In this document: one piece after another, positions 30,345 to 36,033 of the stretch
Numbering within the stretch: the stretch's first letter is position 1
Layout: every line of letters starts with the position of its first letter
Assembly (NCBI RefSeq): GCF_000281045.1
Contig: NW_008246119.1
Span: forward strand, 148,943 to 184,975
Origin: Saprolegnia diclina VS20
Taxonomy: Eukaryota
Length of the DNA: 36,033 bases
Direction of reading: 5' to 3'
The notes under the pieces: model-generated
Told to the model about the DNA's origin: nothing
What the model saw: the letters and a program-made list of their open reading frames with translations, nothing else
Databases searched by the model: none
Program-made: the position numbers and the translations under genes

Positions 30345-33300
30345 ATGGTGACCCTCGGCAACGCCGTCGCGGGGGCCGTCGGGATCGCCGGCGGCTTTGC
30401 GCTCGCGCTCGGCGGATGGTCGTCCATGTCCCTCGGGGCGCGGTCGCTCTTCATCTCGGTGCAGCTCCTCTCCTGCTTTGCCATGTACGTGTACCTCGCC
30501 ATGCGCATGCAGCTCATGCACTACTCGATGATCCTAGGGGCTTTGTCACGACCTACACGTGCATGGACAACCTCGGCGGCCAAGGCGATGCGACCAAGAT
30601 TGGGATCGCGGCCGGCGTTGGCGGTGCGCTGGCGATCCTCGTGACGCTCGCTACGTCAGTGGGCCCGCTCTTCCTCATCGCGCTTACGGGTGCGATCATT
30701 GCGCCGTGGCTGCTCATCCTCGACAGCGGCGCCGGGAACGTCTTTACGTCGCAGCCGTCGTTCGCGCTCCAGGAGTTCGAAATCGCGTTCATCATCGTCT
30801 TTTTCCTCCTCTTCGTGTCCCACTCGAAGAACCCGGAGATGGAGAACCACCGGTTCAAGTACCTTCTCATGAGCAGCCTCCTCGGGGGCTGGCTCTTCTC
30901 GGACGCGCTCTTCCGCCTCGCATTTCCCAACCAAACGCCGCTCTCGAACCTGCTCTTTGGTGTCCTCGGCCTTGGCGGGCAGCCGCTCTTTGGGTCGCTC
31001 TCGAGCGACAACAAGACGATCATGCTCGTCATCTGGGGCGGCGTCGCGCTTGTCGGCATGGTCAACCAGCTCAGCATGCGCTGGGGCCTCTTTTGCTACA
31101 ACAAGGCCGGTGCGCACCTCCCGATGAACGGCGTACTCCAAGAAGACCTCCCCGAGCTTCCTCCGTACGTCCACTGCACATGCAAACCCGTCATCTTACG
31201 GTTGCCCTAGGGGCGCGGCGGCCGGTGCACCGCATCTGAACGAACGCAACCGCCTCGTGTGCGAAAACTGCTTTGCGACCGTCCCGCCCGGCACGGCGTT
31301 CTGCACCGAGTGCGGCGAGGCGATGCAGCTCAACGACGACGGCACGCAGAACGTTTCGATGTCGATCGCCAACAAGCCGTCGATCGCGATGGGTGCCGAC
31401 GGCACGACGCCCGCCTCGTGGATGGAAGTGCCCAACCGCGCGTACCTCTCGACAACGTCGTTCATTGACCCCAAGAAGATGACGGAGAAGAACGCCGAAG
31501 CGCGCTCGATCCGCTTCATGGACGCGGGCGACGGCAAGCAGCAGCCAGGCGGCCCTAACTTTTACGAGCCGTCGTTCCGGTCGTTTGCGATGAGCACGGT
31601 CTCGCTGGCGGGGCGCGCGGCCGAGCCGGTCCAGACGCCCAACATCCGCAAGTACAAGATGTCAGGCGGCGGCTTCTTCCACGTCGCGTACTTCCTCTCG
31701 GCGATCACGGGCATTGTGTGGCTCGCGTTCCTCATCACGTTCTACCCGCGCGAGAGCCCGTGCAGCAACACGATGCCGCACCTCGACTGCTCGACGATCG
31801 AGGCCAGCGTCGTCAAGGCGAATGGGTGCTACCCGAGTACGAACCCGCAGAGCAAGAACGTGCTCACCGACCAAGCGTACTGCATCAAGGACACGCCGGG
31901 CGGTGTGTGGTTTTGCTACTGCCTCTTTATCTTCTCCGAGTACCTTAACTTCTTCCTCGGCCTCCTCTTCAACTTTTCCATGTGGCGCCCCGTGCGCCGC
32001 GGTGCGCGCTACCTCAACGACTTCAAGCCCGCGCTCCCGAAGGAGCAGTGGCCCAGCGTCGACGTCTTCTTGTGTCATTACTCCGAGCCGGTCGTCGACT
32101 CGATGCAAACGCTCAAGAACTGCCTCGCGATGCAGTACCCGCCCGAGCTCCTCCACGTATGGCTTTGCGACGACGGGTACACACGCTCGGTCTGGGACGC
32201 CAACAACCACTTCAAGGTGACCGTCAACACCAAGAACATTGCCAACTGCGGTGATTTGCGCGGCGACGTTGCGCGCATGATGCACGAACGCGTCGTCGGC
32301 CCCGTCACGAGCGACGAGCAGCTCAAGGCGTGGCGCCGTCAGCACTCATCGGTGCGCGAGTTGCGCAAGGAAGGCAACAAGGGCATCAACCGGCGTGACT
32401 GCGCGGTTGGCTCGTTGAGTGACGACTACGACTACCGTGACCGAGGCATTCCCCGCGTGACGTTTGTCGGTCGCATGAAGCCCGAAGAGCACCACGCCAA
32501 GGCCGGTAACATCAACAACATCCTCTTCAACGAAGGCGCGGACGGCAAGTACATCCTCATCCTCGATAACGACATGAAGCCGCACCCCAAGTTCCTCCTC
32601 GCCGTGCTGCCCTTCTTCTTCTCGGAAGGGGAGGCGGTGGACGGCTCGGGACGGCAATACTCGGACGATATCTCGTGGAACCAAGTCGCGTACGTCCAGA
32701 CGCCGCAGTACTTCGAAGACACGCCGCAGATTACCGAGATGGGCGACCCGTGCGGCCACAAGAACACCATTTTCTTCGACGCTGTGCAGTGCGGTCGTGA
32801 CGGCTTTGACTCGGCGGCGTTTGCTGGTACCAACGCTGTCTTCCGTCGCCAAGCATTCGACTCGATCGGCGGTATTCAGTATGGTACGCAGACGGAAGAT
32901 GCGTTCACGGGCAACATCCTCCACACGGCGGGCTGGGACTCGGTCTACTTCCGCAAGGACTTCGAAGGCGAGCCCAAAGACCGCATCCGCCTCTGCGAAG
33001 GTGCGATTCCCGAGACGGTCGCGACGTCCCTCGGTCAACGCAAGCGTTGGGCAATGGGCGCCGTCCAGATTTTGCTCATGAAAGGTGACTCCGAGGTCGA
33101 CCCGGACTGGCGCCCGCCCCGCGTGCCGGCGCCGGACCCGAAGCCGAGCCTCAATTTTCCGCGCAAGATGTTCTTCTACGACTCGGTGTTTTACCCGTTC
33201 GGGTCGATCCCCGCGCTCTGCTACGTGACGATTGCGATCTACTACTTGGTGACGGGCGACGCGCCGATCTACACGCAGGGCAACTTGCTTCTCTACACGT

Positions 33301-33836
33301 TCCTCCCCGTCATGCTGGCGCGCTGGATGCTCAACTTGCTCGCCAACCGCAGCGTCGACTCGAACGACGTGTGGCGCGCGCAGCAGACGTGGTTCTCCTA
33401 CTCGTTCATTACGATGCTCGCGATCCTCGAAGCGGTGCGCTGGCGCCTCACGGGCGTCATTTCGGCGTGGGCCAACACGGGCGCGGGGCAAAAGACGTCG
33501 TGGACCGAGATTCCCAACGTCATGATGTACTTTACGCTCATCGTCGCCGAGGTCGTCGCGCTCATTCGCTTCTTCCAGTACGAGAACGCGACGAGTCCGT
33601 GGAACTACGTCTCGGCCATGTTCTTTGGCTTTTGGGTCATGTCCAACTTGTACCCGATGGTCAAGATGAGCATCTCCGAGTACGCGGGCTGGGACCACAC
33701 GTCGGCGACGTTCACGGCCAACATCTTTGGCTCTCTCCTCCTCATCGGCGTCGTCGTCTTTGTGCAGTACTGGCAAATGTACTTTGAGGTCAACTTGATG
33801 ACGGCCAACGGCCAATCGGCGACGACGAGCGGGTAG
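30345..33836 (+). CDS. CesA3: Cellulose synthase, CesA3 type (GT2), copy B; exons 30345-30484, 30538-31164, 31211-33836 (about 1130 aa)
   Basis: Full D,D,D,QxxRW set: CDDG, LDND, TED, QRKRW (33036-33050); also HAKAGNIN and VQTPQYF. Two GT-AG introns (53 and 46 nt) restore collinearity with copy A. Confidence 0.93.
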
Positions 33837-34074
33837 AACGATCTCTTCCTTTTTGCATACAATACGACAACCACCGATCAATATACACCCAATGATATTA
33901 GTCAAATGGTGCTAGAATTTATCGTGATGGCAAATGGACGGCTGCTGTGCTTCTGAAACCGTCCAGCGATACATCGGCGTCACGAGCGAACATGGGCGAC
34001 GGAAGACCGCGGCAGTTTCTCAGCAGACAAGCTGGCCGTCACCACTAGTAGCTCGCTTGTGAGAAGCGACGCTG

Positions 34075-34163
34075 GCATTCGAGCCGCAAAGGCGATGCTT
34101 TCATTCCTCCAAGAGGCGAACGCACCCATGCCGCCTCCGATGAGACGACATAAGGGAGGTGTC
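34075..34163 (+). pseudogene. Internally deleted remnant of a copy 2-type gene
   Basis: gcattcgagccgcaaaggcgatgctt... matches 1865-1911 and is joined to tccgatgagacgacataag.gaggtgtc, which matches 2833-2860. Confidence 0.75.
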
Positions 34164-34449
34164 TACGTCGAAATGTCCATAATATTCTAGTGTTATGAGC
34201 GATATATGTGCGAATTTATGATTTGATATATATTCTTTTTGTGTGTTGGGTCATTGCAGCGCTGGAGGCCGCACGTTCGCACGTCAAAAACAAATGTTTT
34301 GTTCTCGGAACACTCTGGGAAGCCATCTTGAAGCAGTATCCAGCAATACGTGGTCGCGGTGATGCTTTTTTGTCTTCGATCGGCCGCAACGGCTTGTTTT
34401 CCCGCAGTAGCCCACTGCCAGCACCTCATGAGCGCACTCTTGCTCCGGA

Positions 34450-34615
34450 TTGTGCTGCTCACCGACAACGAGCTTGCGCGGCTCGTGTCGCGGCCGGCAT
34501 CGAGTCGCCTCCTCCGCTTTGCCGCTAATCAGCCATTGGCATCGCAGTGCGGTCGGTTGCACACAATGTCGAAGCGATTGGGCCATCGTGGCGACCGTGT
34601 CATCTGCGCACTGTC
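34450..34615 (+). pseudogene. Decayed protease-like fragment
   Basis: LLTDNELARLVS and QCRSDWAIVATVSSAHC with the intervening sequence deleted. Confidence 0.75.
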
Positions 34616-34920
34616 GTGCCTCTGCTGGATACTAGTACTATGCAAGGCATATCTAGACTGTTTGAACTATAGTTTCGAAGCTGTCGCGATGATACTGTAG
34701 CTACCGTAGTCCATACATACTAGCATCCTCCCACTGGCTGCGTAGAACTATTGGTACGAATCGACAGCTATCTCTTGGGCATACGTGGATGACGAGAGGC
34801 AATAAAAACCACGGCGCGCTGTCTTTCGGACTACCCATATGGTATAGTCCTACACACAGATTGCCTAGCACGGCGCAGAGGCCTTTCCCAATCGGACGTC
34901 GTCCAATCGGAATCACTCTG

Positions 34921-34995
34921 TGCGGTGCCGGGATCGAACCCAGTACCTTTTGAAGGGTAAACCAGTGCAAGCGCCACGACTCTGCCTGCACCGAA
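34921..34995 (-). pseudogene. tRNA-like element overlapping the upstream module of copy 8
   Basis: Minus strand reads TTCGGTGCAGGCAGAGTCGTGGCGCTTGCACTGGTTTACCCTTCAAAAGGTACTGGGTTCGATCCCGGCACCGCA: perfect B box GGTTCGATCC and terminal CGGTG/CACCG pairing. Confidence 0.5.
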
Positions 34996-35166
34996 TCCTC
35001 CTTCCAACACCAACGTGTACCTTCAACGAGTAGCTTATTTAGTTGTCGAATGAGATCATGAGGTGGTAGCCTCGATCGGCTTGTTTCTGAGCGCATGACG
35101 CAGCGACGTCGACTGGTGCCTTGCTCTCACCGCCGAAGCTCACTCTTTCTCAAGGTGCTGCTTGCG

Positions 35167-36033
35167 ATGCGCTTCGTTAGCTTCTTCGCGCTTCTCCTCG
35201 TCTCGACGACCGTCGCTGCGCTCAACATCTCGGACGACGAGCGACATGAGCTCTCGCGCGACTTGATGCTCTGGCAACAAAAGTTTGGTGACGATGACCA
35301 CGTGCGCGCGGCCATGAAGCTCGTGCGAGGGACCTTGACGACCGACGACCTCCTCCGACGCTTGAAGGCGACCAAGGACAAGCTGCCAGCGCTTCATGCG
35401 ACCAACCCGTACGCCACCTTTAGCCACTTGACCAAGTTTGCACTGCTCACGGACAACGAGTTTGCGCGGTTCGTGTCGGGCTCTGCATCGGCATCGGTCG
35501 TCCCGCCATTGCCTGCTGCACCGGCATCGACCCACCGCTCAAATCGCAGTGCAGATGTTGGCGGCGCCATGGACGCCTACTCGGTCGACTGGACTACGAG
35601 GTCGATTTGCGTGCCGCCCGTCAAGTTCAAAGGCAACTGCGGTAGCAACTGGGCAATCGTGGCGGCGGCGGCCGTCTCGTCCACGCACTGCCTCACGACG
35701 GGCGACGCCATCAACCTCTCGGCGCAACAGGTCTTGAGCTGCTCGTACCCGAGCGGCACAGACGGCTGCAAAGGCGCTGGCTTTGCGCAGCATGCGATGC
35801 GGTGGCTCGTGTCGCAACCGAGCGCCTTGTGCAGCGAGTCGGCGATCCCGTACACGTCGGGCGAGACGGGGTCGGCTGCGTTTTGCAGCGACAACGCCAA
35901 GTGCGCCGGGACAATTTCGCTCCAGGCCGGTCCCATCGTGACCATGCGCGGCGAAGACGCGCTCGCGAAACAGCTCGAGTTGCAGCCCGTCGTTGCGTAC
36001 GTCACGACGCTCAACAGCGTGTGGAAGTCGTAC
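35167..36033 (+). CDS. Secreted papain-like C1A homologue, predicted inactive (copy 8; runs off the window end, absent from the ORF track)
   Basis: Open from ATG 35167 (MRFVSFFALLLVSTTVAALNISDDER...) through KGNCGSNWAI (AAC 35647-35649) to QPVVAYVTTLNSVWKSY. Confidence 0.9.
   Translation, partial: MRFVSFFALLLVSTTVAALNISDDERHELSRDLMLWQQKFGDDDHVRAAMKLVRGTLTTDDLLRRLKATKDKLPALHATNPYATFSHLTKFALLTDNEFARFVSGSASASVVPPLPAAPASTHRSNRSADVGGAMDAYSVDWTTRSICVPPVKFKGNCGSNWAIVAAAAVSSTHCLTTGDAINLSAQQVLSCSYPSGTDGCKGAGFAQHAMRWLVSQPSALCSESAIPYTSGETGSAAFCSDNAKCAGTISLQAGPIVTMRGEDALAKQLELQPVVAYVTTLNSVWKSY

Noticed and set aside
26058..33905. Long antisense ORFs over the CesA genes (26058-29486, 32346-33905) and other overlapping ORFs
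   Set aside because: Shadow ORFs from high GC3 codon bias; Arg/Val-rich with no motifs.
1..36033. CRISPR array or prokaryotic operon/defence system
   Set aside because: No regularly spaced short repeats; spliceosomal introns and gene content are eukaryotic.

Overview
Eukaryotic, GC-rich DNA with very short introns (about 43-53 nt, mostly GTAC...TAG) and five assembly gaps. The gene content points to an oomycete, probably of the Saprolegniales; this is inferred from the CesA3-type genes and intron style. Two kinds of region alternate. (1) At 1-16 kb and again from 34 kb there is a plus-strand, intronless tandem array of secreted papain-family (C1A) homologues: five complete ORFs, two copies cut by a gap or the window end, one 5'-truncated copy and several decayed fragments. 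Wherever the sites are visible, the catalytic Cys is replaced (Asn/Asp/His), the catalytic His is Gln and the oxyanion-hole Gln is lost, while the signal peptide, I29-like prodomain and structural Cys/Trp are kept. This looks like an expanded, recombining family of secreted pseudo-proteases and is the main candidate for an undescribed system. tRNA-like elements lie between the copies. (2) At 16.4-33.8 kb there is a conserved block: a WD40-like gene, a PP2C phosphatase, a large WW-like/ankyrin gene, a Cys-rich type I membrane protein and two tandem CesA3-type cellulose synthases that differ in intron content. All calls come from reading the sequence; no searches were run.
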